A stretch of 55,216 nucleotides of DNA from Campylobacterota bacterium (GCA_013153055.1 JAADFE010000067.1:1-55216), one strand, 5' to 3'. Positions 19,191 to 30,723 are shown, counted from the first letter of the stretch. The notes: generated by a model not told the origin, from the letters alone. Made by a program: numbers and translations.

Positions 19191-21002
19191 TTAATCCAAC
19201 TTCAACACAGCCATAAAAGCCTCTTGAGGAACATTAACCGAACCTATAGCTTTCATTCGCTTTTTACCAGCTTTTTGTTTTTCTAGTAGTTTTCTCTTTC
19301 TGGTGATATCTCCACCATAACATTTTGCAGTTACATTTTTGCCCATAGATTTTACATTGGTTCTAGCTATGATATTGTTTCCAATACTAGCTTGAATGGC
19401 TACTTCAAATAGCTGTCTTGGGATTAGCTCTTTTAGACTATTGACAAAGGCTAAACCTCTACTTCTAGCTTTCTCTTCAGGGACTATTATAGAGAGGGCA
19501 TCTACAACTTCACCAGCTACTCTTATATCTAGTTTGACTAGTTTTCCAGGTCTAAATCCTATCGGCTCATAATCAAAACTTGCATATCCTCTAGTGGTAC
19601 TTTTGAGTTTGTCATAGAAATCCATAACAATCTCATTCATAGGAACATCATACTCCATCAAAACTCTATTTTCATTGATATAGTCCATCTTGACTTGGAT
19701 ACCTCGACGGTCATTTAGTAGTTTTATGAGATTTCCTACATACTCATTTGGTGTTAAGATAGTAGCTTTGATATATGGTTCAAATATAGTATCTATCTTT
19801 TGAGCCTCTGGTAAATCAAATGGATTTTGTATCTCTATTCTCTCTCCATCAGTTTTGAGTACCTCATATACAACAGTTGGAGCTGTAGCTATCAAGTCTA
19901 GGTTAAACTCTCTCTCCAGTCTCTCTTTGATAACCTCCATATGAAGCATCCCCAAAAATCCTGTCCTAAATCCAGAACCAAGTGCTAGTGAACTCTCAGG
20001 CTCAAATGAGATGGAGCTATCATTTAGTTTTAGTTTATTTAGAGCATCTCTTAAATCTTCAAATTTATCAGTCTCGATTGGATAGAGTCCAGCAAATACA
20101 AAAGGTTTAGCCTCTTCAAAGCCATCAATAGCCTCAGCTGTTGGATTTTTTGCATCTGTGATTGTATCACCCACTTGCAAACCATCCACACTTTTTAGTC
20201 CTGTTACTACTATACCTATTTCACCTGTATTGATAGTATCAGTTTTAATTGGTGCTATAGGGTTTGGATACATGAGGTCTAATACTTGGTACTCCTCTTT
20301 TGTACTCATTATCTGTATCTTTTGACCCTTTTCTATCTTGCCCTCATATACTCTAACAAGTGCTAATGCACCTAGATAGTTATCAAACCAGCTATCATAT
20401 ATCAGAGCTTTTGTAGGAGCATCTTCATCTCCATTTGGTGCTGGAATTCTTCTTACGATATCTTCAATAAGCTCTGGTACACCTTGACCAGTTTTGGCTG
20501 ATACTAGTGAGTGTTCGGTACAATCTAGTCCTATAGCATCCTCTACTTCAGTTAAGACTCTATCAGGGTCTGCTGATGGTAAATCTATTTTGTTTACTAC
20601 AGGGATAAGTTCTAAATCATTATCTAGTGCTATATATACATTGGCTATAGTTTGAGCCTCAACCCCTTGTGCTGCATCAACTATTAGCAATGCTCCTTCA
20701 CTTGAAGCTAGTGACCTACTAACTTCATATGAAAAGTCAACATGACCTGGGGTGTCTATGAGGTTTAGGATATAGTGTTCACCATTTTTTGCTATATAAT
20801 CAAGTCTCACACTCTGAGCTTTGATAGTGATACCTCTTTCCTTTTCTATATCCATAGTATCCATAACCTGAGCAGACATCTGTCTATCTGTTACTGCTCC
20901 ACACTCTTGGATAATTCTATCTGCTAGAGTGGATTTACCGTGGTCTATATGTGCTATTATAGAGAAGTTTCTAATATGTGATTGTGGTATCTTTTCTGCC
21001 AT
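19191..21002 (-). CDS. lepA: Translation elongation factor 4
   Basis: [43 protein letters not shown]. Confidence 0.98.
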   Translation of the reverse strand: MAEKIPQSHIRNFSIIAHIDHGKSTLADRIIQECGAVTDRQMSAQVMDTMDIEKERGITIKAQSVRLDYIAKNGEHYILNLIDTPGHVDFSYEVSRSLASSEGALLIVDAAQGVEAQTIANVYIALDNDLELIPVVNKIDLPSADPDRVLTEVEDAIGLDCTEHSLVSAKTGQGVPELIEDIVRRIPAPNGDEDAPTKALIYDSWFDNYLGALALVRVYEGKIEKGQKIQIMSTKEEYQVLDLMYPNPIAPIKTDTINTGEIGIVVTGLKSVDGLQVGDTITDAKNPTAEAIDGFEEAKPFVFAGLYPIETDKFEDLRDALNKLKLNDSSISFEPESSLALGSGFRTGFLGMLHMEVIKERLEREFNLDLIATAPTVVYEVLKTDGERIEIQNPFDLPEAQKIDTIFEPYIKATILTPNEYVGNLIKLLNDRRGIQVKMDYINENRVLMEYDVPMNEIVMDFYDKLKSTTRGYASFDYEPIGFRPGKLVKLDIRVAGEVVDALSIIVPEEKARSRGLAFVNSLKELIPRQLFEVAIQASIGNNIIARTNVKSMGKNVTAKCYGGDITRKRKLLEKQKAGKKRMKAIGSVNVPQEAFMAVLKLD

Positions 21003-21011
21003 TTAACCCCT

Positions 21012-21947
21012 TTAATTGGTCTCAAATAGAGAGTTTACACTCTCATTGTTATATACTCTTCTAATAACCTCACCCAACATCTTGGCTGTAGAGAGTACTT
21101 TGATTTTATCTGAACTCTGTTTGATTGGAAGAGTATTTGTAATTACTAACTCATCAAGTTCACCTTTTTCTATTCTCTCATAAGCTGGACCTGAAAGAAC
21201 AGGGTGTGTACAACATGCCATAACCGAAGTAGCACCTAGCTTTTTAAGTGCAGCAGCTGCTTTTACCATAGTTCCTGCTGTATCAATCATATCATCAATC
21301 ATAATGACATCTTTACCTTCAACATTTCCTATGATATTCATAACTTCCGACTCATTAGCTCTCTCTCTTCGCTTGTCAACTATAACCATATCTAGTCCCA
21401 TAGTCTTAGCAAAATATCTAGCTCTTGCGACCCCTCCTATATCAGGACTTGCTACTATTGGGTTTTTGAGATTTTTTGATTTTACATAGTCATTAAAAAG
21501 GACTGCTCCATAGAGATTGTCAACTGGAATATCAAAAAATCCTTGAATTTGAGATGCGTGAAGGTCAACTGTAACAACTCTAGTAATCCCTGCTGTCTCC
21601 ATAAGGTTTGCTACTAGTTTTGCAGAGATTGGAACTCTAGGTTCTGCTTTTCTATCTTGTCTAGCGTAACCATAGTATGGCACAACTGCTGTAATTGATT
21701 TTGCAGATGAGCGTTTTAGAGCATCAACCATAATCAAAAGCTCCATCAAGTTTGCATTTGCAGGTGCTGATGTTGGTTGGATGATAAACACATCTTTACC
21801 TCTTACACTCTCTTGGATTTTAACATTTATCTCACCATCAGAAAACCTTGTAATCTTTGCTGATGATAGTGGTTGTTCGAGATATTTTGATATCTCATGA
21901 GCTAATTCTTCATTTGCAGTACCAGAAAAAAGCATATATCCTGTCAT
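21012..21947 (-). CDS. prs: Ribose-phosphate pyrophosphokinase
   Basis: [33 protein letters not shown]. Confidence 0.97.
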   Translation of the reverse strand: MTGYMLFSGTANEELAHEISKYLEQPLSSAKITRFSDGEINVKIQESVRGKDVFIIQPTSAPANANLMELLIMVDALKRSSAKSITAVVPYYGYARQDRKAEPRVPISAKLVANLMETAGITRVVTVDLHASQIQGFFDIPVDNLYGAVLFNDYVKSKNLKNPIVASPDIGGVARARYFAKTMGLDMVIVDKRRERANESEVMNIIGNVEGKDVIMIDDMIDTAGTMVKAAAALKKLGATSVMACCTHPVLSGPAYERIEKGELDELVITNTLPIKQSSDKIKVLSTAKMLGEVIRRVYNNESVNSLFETN

Positions 21948-22052
21948 ATTATTATCTACCTTTTTTTATAATTAATCGAATTCTACCCTTATTTTTATAA
22001 CAAAGTGATGACATCATAAAGTGCTATAAGTATATTTAGATAAAATATTAAT

Positions 22053-23225
22053 ATGTTTCAAAATATATTTCAAATCTCACTATCACTTATGGCAGGTATA
22101 TTTATTGGTTGGAACTTTCATATGTTTTATATTGCTTTAGAGCCAAAAAATATAACTTCTCCTCAAAAGATAGAGTCTGAGAGTAAACCTAAAACCATTA
22201 TCAAATTTGTTCAATCAAATATGGTTCAAAAGAGTATAACAGAAAAAAAAGTTGTACAAAATATTGACTCTAATATATCTAATAAATCAAAGTTTGAGAA
22301 GCTTCTAAAGAGTGGCAATTTTGATGATGCTATGGCGTTCTATTTAGAAGCAGATGAAAAAGAGTTAAAAAGTTATAAACTAATACTAAAAGTCTATTTT
22401 TATGACAATGCCACCAAAAATCCTCAAAAGATTATAGATGAGATATTGAGGTATATAGAGTTGGAACCAAATTCTCAGGATATCAAGATATATTTAGCTA
22501 AACTCTATAGAGACAAAAAGGAGTTTCAAAAAGCACTCGATTTATTGTTTGAACTTAGAGATACACAAAACTCAAAAATTGTTGAGAATGATTTAAATCT
22601 AACTATAGATAGCTATATAAATCATCTCAAAACAGCCAAAGAGTATTCAAAACTAATTGCATTTTTGGAAGATATCATCAATAGAGTAGAGGATAGTCAA
22701 AGCTATATTATTCGTCTAGCTCAACTCTATAATGAACTAGATAATTATGAAGAGTCTAAAAAATTATTAGAGGATATAGATGAGGGTTCAGTCTATATTA
22801 GCAAAGCTCAAAGTATATTAAAAGATATAGAAAAAAAAGAAAAAGAGCTACAGCACTATAAATATATCATACCTATAAATAAAGTAGGTTCACAATATAG
22901 TGTAAATTTAACCATTAACAATACTCCTTTAACTCTATTATTAGATACAGGTGCTACTTATACATTTATAGATGAAGAGAAATTACCATCATTAGTGTTA
23001 GGAAAAGAGATATTACTAAATACAGCGGGTGGAGAGATAATGGCACATTTTGCTAATGTAGATAGTTTAACTATAGGAGAGTTGCAGTTAAATGATTTTA
23101 TTATCACATTGGCTCCATTTAAACAACAATTTGCAGATGGACTATTAGGAATGAATTTTTTTGAAAAATTTGATTTTAAAATTAATCAAAATATAGGATT
23201 GTTATATTTAGCAGATAAGGAGTAG
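22053..23225 (+). CDS. Membrane-anchored TPR-like protein with C-terminal retropepsin-like aspartic protease
   Basis: N-terminal TM; helical repeats; LLDTGA and DGLLGMNF motifs. Confidence 0.8.
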   Translation: MFQNIFQISLSLMAGIFIGWNFHMFYIALEPKNITSPQKIESESKPKTIIKFVQSNMVQKSITEKKVVQNIDSNISNKSKFEKLLKSGNFDDAMAFYLEADEKELKSYKLILKVYFYDNATKNPQKIIDEILRYIELEPNSQDIKIYLAKLYRDKKEFQKALDLLFELRDTQNSKIVENDLNLTIDSYINHLKTAKEYSKLIAFLEDIINRVEDSQSYIIRLAQLYNELDNYEESKKLLEDIDEGSVYISKAQSILKDIEKKEKELQHYKYIIPINKVGSQYSVNLTINNTPLTLLLDTGATYTFIDEEKLPSLVLGKEILLNTAGGEIMAHFANVDSLTIGELQLNDFIITLAPFKQQFADGLLGMNFFEKFDFKINQNIGLLYLADKE

Positions 23226-23237
23226 CTTTTGATATAA

Positions 23238-23789
23238 TCAATAGCTCTTAAACTCCTTATAGACAAAAAATGATACAACTACTATTACCAAGATAAGACT
23301 ACCTCCAGCTACATAAATTGTATGAGATGAGGCATCCTCTCCATAGATATATCCAAGTGATAACATTGAGAGGTTCCAAATAGAGTTAGATATGAAAATA
23401 ATAGGAACAAACCACTTTAAATCCATCTTTGCAACTCCTGCAGGGATAGATATATACTGCCCCAATCCAAAAGTTAGAGGAGCCAAAAATACAGATAGTT
23501 TTCCATATTTATCAAAAAACTTTTTGAGTTTTTGGGCTTTTGATTTATCTAAAAATTTTTGAGATATATAATCAGCTAGATGGTAGTTAATCAAAGCCCC
23601 TATAGTGATACCCGAAGCAGTTACCAAAATAGTTGTAGCTATATCAAGTTTGCCCTGAGAAGCTAAATATCCAGCAGGTATTAAAATGAGCTGTGTAGGC
23701 AATGGTACAAATGTACCCACAACTATCATATAGAAAAAAAATCCAATATATCCAATCTCAAATACACTATTTACTACAAAGTCTAACAC
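23238..23789 (-). CDS. DedA family membrane protein
   Basis: FVPLP...ILIPAGYLA, GALINY, YISIPAG motifs. Confidence 0.88.
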   Translation of the reverse strand: MLDFVVNSVFEIGYIGFFFYMIVVGTFVPLPTQLILIPAGYLASQGKLDIATTILVTASGITIGALINYHLADYISQKFLDKSKAQKLKKFFDKYGKLSVFLAPLTFGLGQYISIPAGVAKMDLKWFVPIIFISNSIWNLSMLSLGYIYGEDASSHTIYVAGGSLILVIVVVSFFVYKEFKSY

Positions 23790-24973
23790 TACAATCTTAT
23801 CAACTTCAGAGGATTCATATGTTTATTATTTTTGGTTACTTCAAACATCAATGTACTATCTACTTTGCCTATTACTGAGCCTTTTTTGACTCTTTTGCCT
23901 ACATGAATACCAGGGGCTAACCTAGATAGTTTGGCATAGATAGTATGTAGGTTATTTGGATGAGATATGATTACTACTTTACCAAGCATACCACCACTAT
24001 TTTCAGCAAATACTATTTTGCCATCTAGTACACTTTTGACTTTTGCTCCTTGGTATGGTGCTTTTAGTGTAATAGATTTATTGAAAATCCTAAACTTATA
24101 TATAGGGTCAATATATGTTCCAAACTTTTTAATCAGTTTTGAACCACTTAGAGGAGATATAGTTTTACCTCCATGATAACTAGCAACCTTGATATCTCTT
24201 TGCTTTTTCTTTTTTTTCTTTTTTGGGGATGATGTTACTGCTATAGCTTTTTTTTCATTCTCTCTGTCTTGTTTGATGATTTTTAGTTTAGCTAATTTTC
24301 TCTGTAATGCTCTTCTACTAGCACGAATTTTATCAAACCGTTTTCTATATATTGATTTATCTCTAGCCAACTCTTGGATAAGTTTTGTCTTTTTTGCCTT
24401 TTGAGCTTTGTACTCCTCTTTTTTCTTTTTGTAATCATCTATTGCTCTTTTGAGGTTTTGCTGTTTATCGATAAAATAGCTCTCTTTTTCATTTAGCTTT
24501 TCTATCTCCTCTTTTAGCTTTTCAATTTTTCGTTCATTCTCTTTGGCATATACTTTATATGTCTCTTGTAGCATTACAGATTTGGGAGTAGGTTTTTTTA
24601 TCTCATCTAAAACCAAAGCCATACTAAATTTCTCTGCAACTAGGGAGATAAATTTCTCTCTTTTTGCTTTTATTTTTTTGTTTAGTTCAGTTAACTCTTT
24701 GTCTAGCTCTTTTTTTTGGGCTGTCAAATCATTAAATTTGCTTTGATTTTTTTTTATCTCTTTTTCTAGTTGAGATAGTTTTTTATCTATTCTTGCATTT
24801 TGAGCTTTTGCGTCCAAAATTTTCTTGGCAAGAGTAGAGAGTTTTTTATCCATTTTATTATACTCTTTCTGTTTTATGCTCAACTCTCTTTTATTAGCTT
24901 TGATTTTTTTATCAATAGAGCTACTAAAAAGTAAAGATAAAAAAAGAGTCAAAAAAAGAAAAATCTTTTTCAT
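23789..24973 (-). CDS. envC: EnvC-like coiled-coil M23 domain murein hydrolase activator
   Basis: Signal peptide, long coiled coil, degenerate M23 domain; downstream of ftsEX. Confidence 0.78.
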   Translation of the reverse strand: MKKIFLFLTLFLSLLFSSSIDKKIKANKRELSIKQKEYNKMDKKLSTLAKKILDAKAQNARIDKKLSQLEKEIKKNQSKFNDLTAQKKELDKELTELNKKIKAKREKFISLVAEKFSMALVLDEIKKPTPKSVMLQETYKVYAKENERKIEKLKEEIEKLNEKESYFIDKQQNLKRAIDDYKKKKEEYKAQKAKKTKLIQELARDKSIYRKRFDKIRASRRALQRKLAKLKIIKQDRENEKKAIAVTSSPKKKKKKKQRDIKVASYHGGKTISPLSGSKLIKKFGTYIDPIYKFRIFNKSITLKAPYQGAKVKSVLDGKIVFAENSGGMLGKVVIISHPNNLHTIYAKLSRLAPGIHVGKRVKKGSVIGKVDSTLMFEVTKNNKHMNPLKLIRL

Positions 24974-24974
24974 A

Positions 24975-25784
24975 CTACTCCTCCTTTACATTTATAACAA
25001 CTAAAAAGACAGCAACCATCACAATAACAATAGATACCAAACAGAGTGTAAATACATCATGAAACTCAAATAGTGCATCAACATTATCTTCTAATATAGC
25101 AATATGTTTACCTCTAATCCATACATTTTGTATAATATAAAAGACACCACTAGCAATTAGTGCTGAGATAATAGCATCTATAAGCCCCATAACTATTAAA
25201 ACTTTGCTTCTTAGAAATAGAGAGGCACCAAATATATCCATGACTTTCATTCTCTGTGAGTGCATAAAGTTCCACACTTCCATCTGTTTGATAATCAGAA
25301 AAAAACCAATAATAGTCATAAAAACTATAAAAGTTTGAAAAGATAGTTTGATAGATGAAAATAGTCCATAGTTGGAGTTATGTAGTGTATCAAATGTCTC
25401 TACTCTTTTGACTTTATCACTTTTTAGAAAGTTCTGTTTGACTCTCTCTAGCTCTTGTTCATTTAGATATTTATTCAGTTTTATAGAGTAAAAGTTTGGT
25501 ATTTTGTTGTGGATATTAGAGTCTTTTGTTGCCTGTAGAGATGAGTCAACTTTGTTTAATATCTTTGATTTTTCTATCTCTGTAACTTTATATACATGGC
25601 TATCCCAAGACTTGAAATCATCTATACTCATCTCATCATTTGCAACAACAAGCATAGCGTAGTTGTCTCTTAGGCTATTTTCATACCCTTTTGTTGTTCT
25701 ATCAAAGGCAATAAAAAACTCCAATCCCAATAAAATTGCCACCATAGGGAAGATTAAAGAGATATGTTGTTTAATGAACTTCAT
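24975..25784 (-). CDS. ftsX: Cell division permease FtsX
   Basis: 4-TM permease after ftsE; start moved to MKFIKQH (ATG 25784). Confidence 0.82.
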   Translation of the reverse strand: MKFIKQHISLIFPMVAILLGLEFFIAFDRTTKGYENSLRDNYAMLVVANDEMSIDDFKSWDSHVYKVTEIEKSKILNKVDSSLQATKDSNIHNKIPNFYSIKLNKYLNEQELERVKQNFLKSDKVKRVETFDTLHNSNYGLFSSIKLSFQTFIVFMTIIGFFLIIKQMEVWNFMHSQRMKVMDIFGASLFLRSKVLIVMGLIDAIISALIASGVFYIIQNVWIRGKHIAILEDNVDALFEFHDVFTLCLVSIVIVMVAVFLVVINVKEE

Positions 25785-26445
25785 AAATCGCTCCATTCTC
25801 ATCAATAGTAAAATGTCTATAGGGGATATTAAATACTGATGGTATTTTATGTGTAACAACCACGACAGTTGTCTCTAACTGTTGACAAGCATTCTCTAAT
25901 AAATCCCAGATAACATTAGATGAGTAGTCATCTAAGTTACCAGTTGGCTCATCTGCTAAAATCAAAAATGGGTTCTTGGCTAATGCTCTAGCTACTCCCA
26001 CTCTCTGTTGCTCTCCTCCAGAGAGTTCTAGTGGGTATTTATGCTCTTTGCCACTGAGTTTTACATGGTGTAGTAGTCTTTTTGCTTGAGTCTGTTGAAC
26101 CTCTTTTGAGTAACCTGCTATCCAAAGAGGTAGTACTACATTTCTCTCTACTGTCCATTCATTTATTAGTTTATAATCTTGAAAAACAATGCCTAAATGA
26201 CTTCTGAGTTCTTGTAATTTTGGTTTTTTGATTTTACTCATATCTAGTCCACCCATAAGTAGTGTTCCTGATTGAGGTTTGATATTGCCATAAAAAGATT
26301 TGAGTAGTGTTGATTTACCACTACCACTAGGACCTGTAATAAAAACAAAATCACCTTTTCTAACGAAAAATGAAGCATTTTTGATAATCTCTTCATCTCT
26401 TTCATAAGATAGTGTTAAGTTTTGTGCCACTATTATATTAGACAT
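25771..26445 (-). CDS. ftsE: Cell division ATP-binding protein FtsE
   Basis: [34 protein letters not shown]. Confidence 0.92.
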   Translation of the reverse strand: MSNIIVAQNLTLSYERDEEIIKNASFFVRKGDFVFITGPSGSGKSTLLKSFYGNIKPQSGTLLMGGLDMSKIKKPKLQELRSHLGIVFQDYKLINEWTVERNVVLPLWIAGYSKEVQQTQAKRLLHHVKLSGKEHKYPLELSGGEQQRVGVARALAKNPFLILADEPTGNLDDYSSNVIWDLLENACQQLETTVVVVTHKIPSVFNIPYRHFTIDENGAIYEVH

Positions 26446-27616
26446 TCAGGTACTCCTTGATTTTTAGATGTGCTTTATAGTTTGTGAGGGTTTTAACAGG
26501 AGGAGAACCAAAGTAGTAGCTCATACTATTATCCATCCAAATATATTTCTGTTCTGGTCTATCAAAACTTCCTAGCGTCAATTTTAACAAAATTGCACTT
26601 TGGCTTACTCTATAAACTCTCTCAAAATGAAAGAAAAAGCCATCAAATAGTATAGGTTTCTTTGTTATTTTATCTAAAACTTTATTTTTATATACTATAT
26701 TATCAAAAGAGAAGTCAAAATCAAAATCTCTTTTTGGTGAATTTTGTAAAGATGTTACAAAAACATCATATATATCTTTTTCTTGCTTTAGCCATCTAGC
26801 TTCATATTTACTTGTCACCTCTAATGACTCATTTTTTCTTATCTCTAGTGAACTTTTAGAGACATTTTCTCCTAAAAAAACATCCAGAGAGTACCAAAAA
26901 TATTTATAACTATCTGTTCTAAGTTCTAATCTTCCATTTTTTTTCAAAACTCTCATAGACTCATCCAAAAAAGAGGGTGAGATTACTCTTCTGTGTGGTT
27001 TTTTATCCCAAGGTACAGGAAAATGGACAAAAATATTACTACAACTATTTGATGGCATCATCTCCAGAAGCAATCTAGCGTCATAATTGACTACCCATAT
27101 ATTTTTTATACTTTGTAGCTCAATCTGTCTTAGGACTTGTTGTGCTGATGGTGTGTGTATCTCTATACCAATAAATAGCCTATTAGGGTTGTTGAGTGCT
27201 TGATATAGTAGATGCTTTCCAGAACCAAACCCAACCTCTATAGATACAGTATCAAAAGGAAATTCTACATTTATAAAATCCTCTATACTCTTTTCATACT
27301 GGTTGGCTAATTTAGTTTGAGTTTTTCTTATATTTATATTGGAGTTGACTATATCAAGTTTTAAGCTTTGTGATATATTTCCTATGGCTTGTTTAACTAG
27401 ATTGACATCAATAGGTCTAGTGACCTTGTCATATTTGAGTAGCCAGTTCTGTTTTGACTTTTTTAAACATAATAAAAACTTCTCATTCTCAACCTCTACA
27501 CCAATTATCTCATCACTACTATCTAAATCGTTGGCTTTAAATAGTAGTTGTGTATTTAGATATCTATCCTCTTTTATAACAGAAGTATCAAACGGTTTAA
27601 CAGTAATATGTGGCAT
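26438..27616 (-). CDS. trmB: tRNA (guanine-N7)-methyltransferase
   Basis: EVGFGSG, HFPVPWDKKPHRR, LRTD, SKYE; long form typical of Campylobacterota. Confidence 0.92.
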   Translation of the reverse strand: MPHITVKPFDTSVIKEDRYLNTQLLFKANDLDSSDEIIGVEVENEKFLLCLKKSKQNWLLKYDKVTRPIDVNLVKQAIGNISQSLKLDIVNSNINIRKTQTKLANQYEKSIEDFINVEFPFDTVSIEVGFGSGKHLLYQALNNPNRLFIGIEIHTPSAQQVLRQIELQSIKNIWVVNYDARLLLEMMPSNSCSNIFVHFPVPWDKKPHRRVISPSFLDESMRVLKKNGRLELRTDSYKYFWYSLDVFLGENVSKSSLEIRKNESLEVTSKYEARWLKQEKDIYDVFVTSLQNSPKRDFDFDFSFDNIVYKNKVLDKITKKPILFDGFFFHFERVYRVSQSAILLKLTLGSFDRPEQKYIWMDNSMSYYFGSPPVKTLTNYKAHLKIKEYLNV

Positions 27617-27624
27617 ACAACCCC

Positions 27625-28308
27625 TTATCTAGCGTTGATAGTAACAATATCACTAGGAAAAGAGTAGCTACCATCAAATCCTACAGCGATAACTCTATAT
27701 TGGTATTTGTTGCCTGGATTTACATATATATCAATATACTCTGCCATCAAACGGTTATCAACAGTTTTAACCCAAGTCCATTTTGCACCATTTAGGCTTC
27801 TCTCTATTTTATACATCTTTATTCTTTTGTCAGGATGAGGTCTCCATAGTAGTTTGATAATATGTTTTGATTTTTGAACCCCTTGGAAAAAAGTAACCTT
27901 TGGTAGAGGTGGAAGAGTTTTTACCTCTACAATCTTGCCGTGGGCTGATTCGTAGTTTCCTTTGATTGTGGTAAAAGTATATGTATATAGACTATTTTGT
28001 TTCAATCCTCTATCTACATAGTGCGAAGCAAAAGGGTTATTTATTGTTGCTATTTTAGTTAACTGCTTTGTGCTACTATTAGCATAGGCATTTGGTTCTG
28101 TACGGTATATATTAATACCCTCTACCCCTTTTTTGTAGAGTGGTTGCCACTCAAAACCAACTGCTGTATTGTCAGCTACCACTTTTACATCTGTTATTCT
28201 TGGTAATTTGTTATTGAGCTTATAGCTCATCATCGCTTGAGGATTACATCCTGTTAGTGATATTATTGAAATAGCCATCAATGATGTGAGGGTTAATCTT
28301 TTCATCAA
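27625..28308 (-). CDS. Fibronectin type III domain lipoprotein (FlpA-like)
   Basis: Lipobox LTGC; two FN3 repeats; located between rluD and trmB. Confidence 0.8.
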   Translation of the reverse strand: MMKRLTLTSLMAISIISLTGCNPQAMMSYKLNNKLPRITDVKVVADNTAVGFEWQPLYKKGVEGINIYRTEPNAYANSSTKQLTKIATINNPFASHYVDRGLKQNSLYTYTFTTIKGNYESAHGKIVEVKTLPPLPKVTFFQGVQKSKHIIKLLWRPHPDKRIKMYKIERSLNGAKWTWVKTVDNRLMAEYIDIYVNPGNKYQYRVIAVGFDGSYSFPSDIVTINAR

Positions 28309-29218
28309 TCTCTCCTTTGTTAAACTGCTGATATATTACATCTTGCATATCAGAAAAAATAGGTGCTACAAACTCCATCTGTTTATTTGTAACTGGATGC
28401 ATTAGATATAGTTTATAAGCATGTAATAGAACTCTCTTGATTGTATCTTTTTTGCTCTTAAAACCATATAAAACATCTCCTAATATATGTCGTCCTAAAC
28501 TGTTTAGGTGTACTCTAATCTGATGAGTCCTACCTGTAAAGAGTTTAACAGCTATCAACTCCACATTTGCGTCACTTTTGGCTATTTTGTAAAATGCAGA
28601 TTTGGCATATTTTCCATCTGAGATTATATCCATTCTCAAACGATTTTTACGGTTTCTACCGATAGGCTTTTCTACCACTCCACTATCTTTGAGAGGATAG
28701 TCTATTAGGGCTAAATAGTATCTTCCCATACTTTTATCTCTGAGTTGGTCACTTAGTTTTTGGTGAGCCTCATTTGTTTTGGCAATTACTAAAGCACCCG
28801 TGGTATCTCTATCTATTCTATGTACAATACCGTGTCTCTCTTCTCCTGCTATAGTTGATAGAGATATCCCTTTTGATTTGAGCCAATCTACTAAAGTAGC
28901 ACCTTTGTGAGATGGAGCAGGGTGTACAACTAAGCCTGATGGTTTATTGATAACCATCATTACATCATCTTCATAGATGATATCGACATCAAAATCCACT
29001 ACTATTTGCTCTTTTGGTTTAGCCTCTTTAAAAGAGTACTCTATTTTGTCATTAATAGATAGCTTATAACTAGTTTTTGTAACGATTTTATCATTAATAG
29101 ATACTAATCCCTCTTTGATAAGCTGTTCAATTTGATTTCTGCTCTGTTTTAACTCTTTGGATAAGATTTTATCCAATCTACCTATCTCTGATACTATCAA
29201 TGAGTGCTTTTTATCCAA
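28244..29218 (-). CDS. rluD: RluA-family pseudouridine synthase with S4 domain
   Basis: RLDK S4 domain, NKPSGLVVHP, VHRIDRDTTG, TGRTHQIRVH. Confidence 0.88.
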   Translation of the reverse strand: MDKKHSLIVSEIGRLDKILSKELKQSRNQIEQLIKEGLVSINDKIVTKTSYKLSINDKIEYSFKEAKPKEQIVVDFDVDIIYEDDVMMVINKPSGLVVHPAPSHKGATLVDWLKSKGISLSTIAGEERHGIVHRIDRDTTGALVIAKTNEAHQKLSDQLRDKSMGRYYLALIDYPLKDSGVVEKPIGRNRKNRLRMDIISDGKYAKSAFYKIAKSDANVELIAVKLFTGRTHQIRVHLNSLGRHILGDVLYGFKSKKDTIKRVLLHAYKLYLMHPVTNKQMEFVAPIFSDMQDVIYQQFNKGEIDEKINPHIIDGYFNNITNRM

Positions 29219-29263
29219 TTTAACTCTTTTTATTTTTTAATATAATTATACTATAATAATAGA

Positions 29264-29749
29264 ATGAAACCAATTATATTAATATTAACAACATTTTCAA
29301 TAACAACTACACTATCTGTAGCAGAGATGCAACCAAAGGTGATAAAAGCTTATGATAGAGTATCTCCTAGAAAAGCTAGAGTTGTCAGAGGGGCAGGTCC
29401 TAGACAAGACGATTTATTGTTATCTACTATAGATGCAACTGCTCAGATATCTATTCAAGTTTCATCAGTATTAGCTTTTGAAGCTTCAACACAAGCAACC
29501 TCAGAAGAGCCACAACGACAAAGGAGAGGCAGAAGATACTCTCAACTCAAATTTTTAAAAGACAATAAAATTCAGATAAAACAGAATATAGCACAAGGGA
29601 GTGGAGAGTATCTATCTGCACTTCTTAATATGATGAGTATCAAACAAACTCCATCAACATTAGCTAAAATTCAATCTGATTTTGATGTGTTGGCAAGTTT
29701 GGATGATGAAGCATTTTTGTCTAAGTTAGGGGAGATTATTAATTCATAG
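29264..29749 (+). CDS. Secreted DUF3015-like protein
   Basis: Signal peptide; IAQGSGEYLSAL motif. Confidence 0.6.
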   Translation: MKPIILILTTFSITTTLSVAEMQPKVIKAYDRVSPRKARVVRGAGPRQDDLLLSTIDATAQISIQVSSVLAFEASTQATSEEPQRQRRGRRYSQLKFLKDNKIQIKQNIAQGSGEYLSALLNMMSIKQTPSTLAKIQSDFDVLASLDDEAFLSKLGEIINS

Positions 29750-29802
29750 TTTTATAATGAATCTTCTTGGAGTAAGTGTAATAACTAAAAATACTCCAAG
29801 TA

Positions 29803-30006
29803 TTATCCTAATGGATTATCACTCCTATTTTTCTCTTTTCTCTTCTCAAAAGCTTTATTTGATGGTGTTGTAGGGTCTGAAAATAGAAATCTACCATATA
29901 GTACACATCCATTGCAACCTGGATTACATTTATGTTTTAGTAGTCTGCACCACTCTTTTTCATCTTCAAATTTTGTTAAATGTTGACATCCCCAACCACT
30001 ACTCAT
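29803..30006 (-). CDS. Small Cys-rich hypothetical protein
   Basis: 67 aa, GWGC...C...CxPGCxGC; starts 2 nt after the acyP stop. Confidence 0.7.
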   Translation of the reverse strand: MSSGWGCQHLTKFEDEKEWCRLLKHKCNPGCNGCVLYGRFLFSDPTTPSNKAFEKRKEKNRSDNPLG

Positions 30007-30008
30007 TA

Positions 30009-30284
30009 TTAGCTCCTTATCTCAAATCCATCATAAATTAAATCATCCTCTTCTAGGATTGAAGTTTCTATTTTCTCAACTCTGCTCAATGGTGAACCAT
30101 CTTCTAAAATTTTTTTAAATTTCTCTACATCCTCATCATATAGGAGTGCTACTGCCTCTACTGTACCATCTGGTAGATTTTTTACATAACCTTGTATCTG
30201 GTTTTTCATTGCATTTTGGGATACAAATTTACGATAAAAAACACCTTGTACTTTGCCATGAACTATGAATTTATATATTTCCAT
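30009..30284 (-). CDS. acyP: Acylphosphatase
   Basis: GKVQGVFYR and GYVKNLPDGTVE. Confidence 0.93.
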   Translation of the reverse strand: MEIYKFIVHGKVQGVFYRKFVSQNAMKNQIQGYVKNLPDGTVEAVALLYDEDVEKFKKILEDGSPLSRVEKIETSILEEDDLIYDGFEIRS

Positions 30285-30723
30285 ACTGCTCCTTTAAATT
30301 TCCTAAAAAAGATATGACTCTTTGTTGATAAATCTTATCCTCTTCATTATCTATACATTTTTGAAACTTTTGTAACTGTTCTATATCTATTTTTTTAGCA
30401 AATCTTTTGACCTCTTTGGTCTCTTTTTCAACTTGAAAAATCAAATGCTCAAAATTCAAACCATTGTTAGTTATGATTTTATCAAAATACTCTTTGACTG
30501 CTTCGACTAATATTTCTGCTCTTTCGTCATCATTGTCATATATATCACAAGCTGTTTTATATAACAACTCCTCTTCACACTCATTAATCTCTCGATTAAC
30601 TGCTACAACTAGTGTTAATAGTTTTGCTCTATACTCTAATGAGCTATTATGATATATTAGAAGTTCTCTGAAGACCTTTTTAATTTTTCGTCTTAACCTT
30701 TTTATCATAATATATTTTAACAT
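30271..30723 (-). CDS. Conserved hypothetical protein (possibly TerB-like helical fold)
   Basis: 150-aa ORF in the gpsA-acyP operon. Confidence 0.6.
   Translation of the reverse strand: MLKYIMIKRLRRKIKKVFRELLIYHNSSLEYRAKLLTLVVAVNREINECEEELLYKTACDIYDNDDERAEILVEAVKEYFDKIITNNGLNFEHLIFQVEKETKEVKRFAKKIDIEQLQKFQKCIDNEEDKIYQQRVISFLGNLKEQYGNI

Larger units (their letters stand above)
18512..19195. repeat. Direct repeats flanking the TA module
   Basis: TTTTAATTGTTTTTTGTAGTT at 18520-18540 and 19119-19139; AAGATTTATTTTAAT at 18512-18526 and 19181-19195. Confidence 0.75.

Noticed and set aside
22053-23225. Aspartic protease as the RimB-like partner of the ATP-grasp ligases
   Set aside because: Lies 21 kb away and is membrane-anchored; no evidence of linkage
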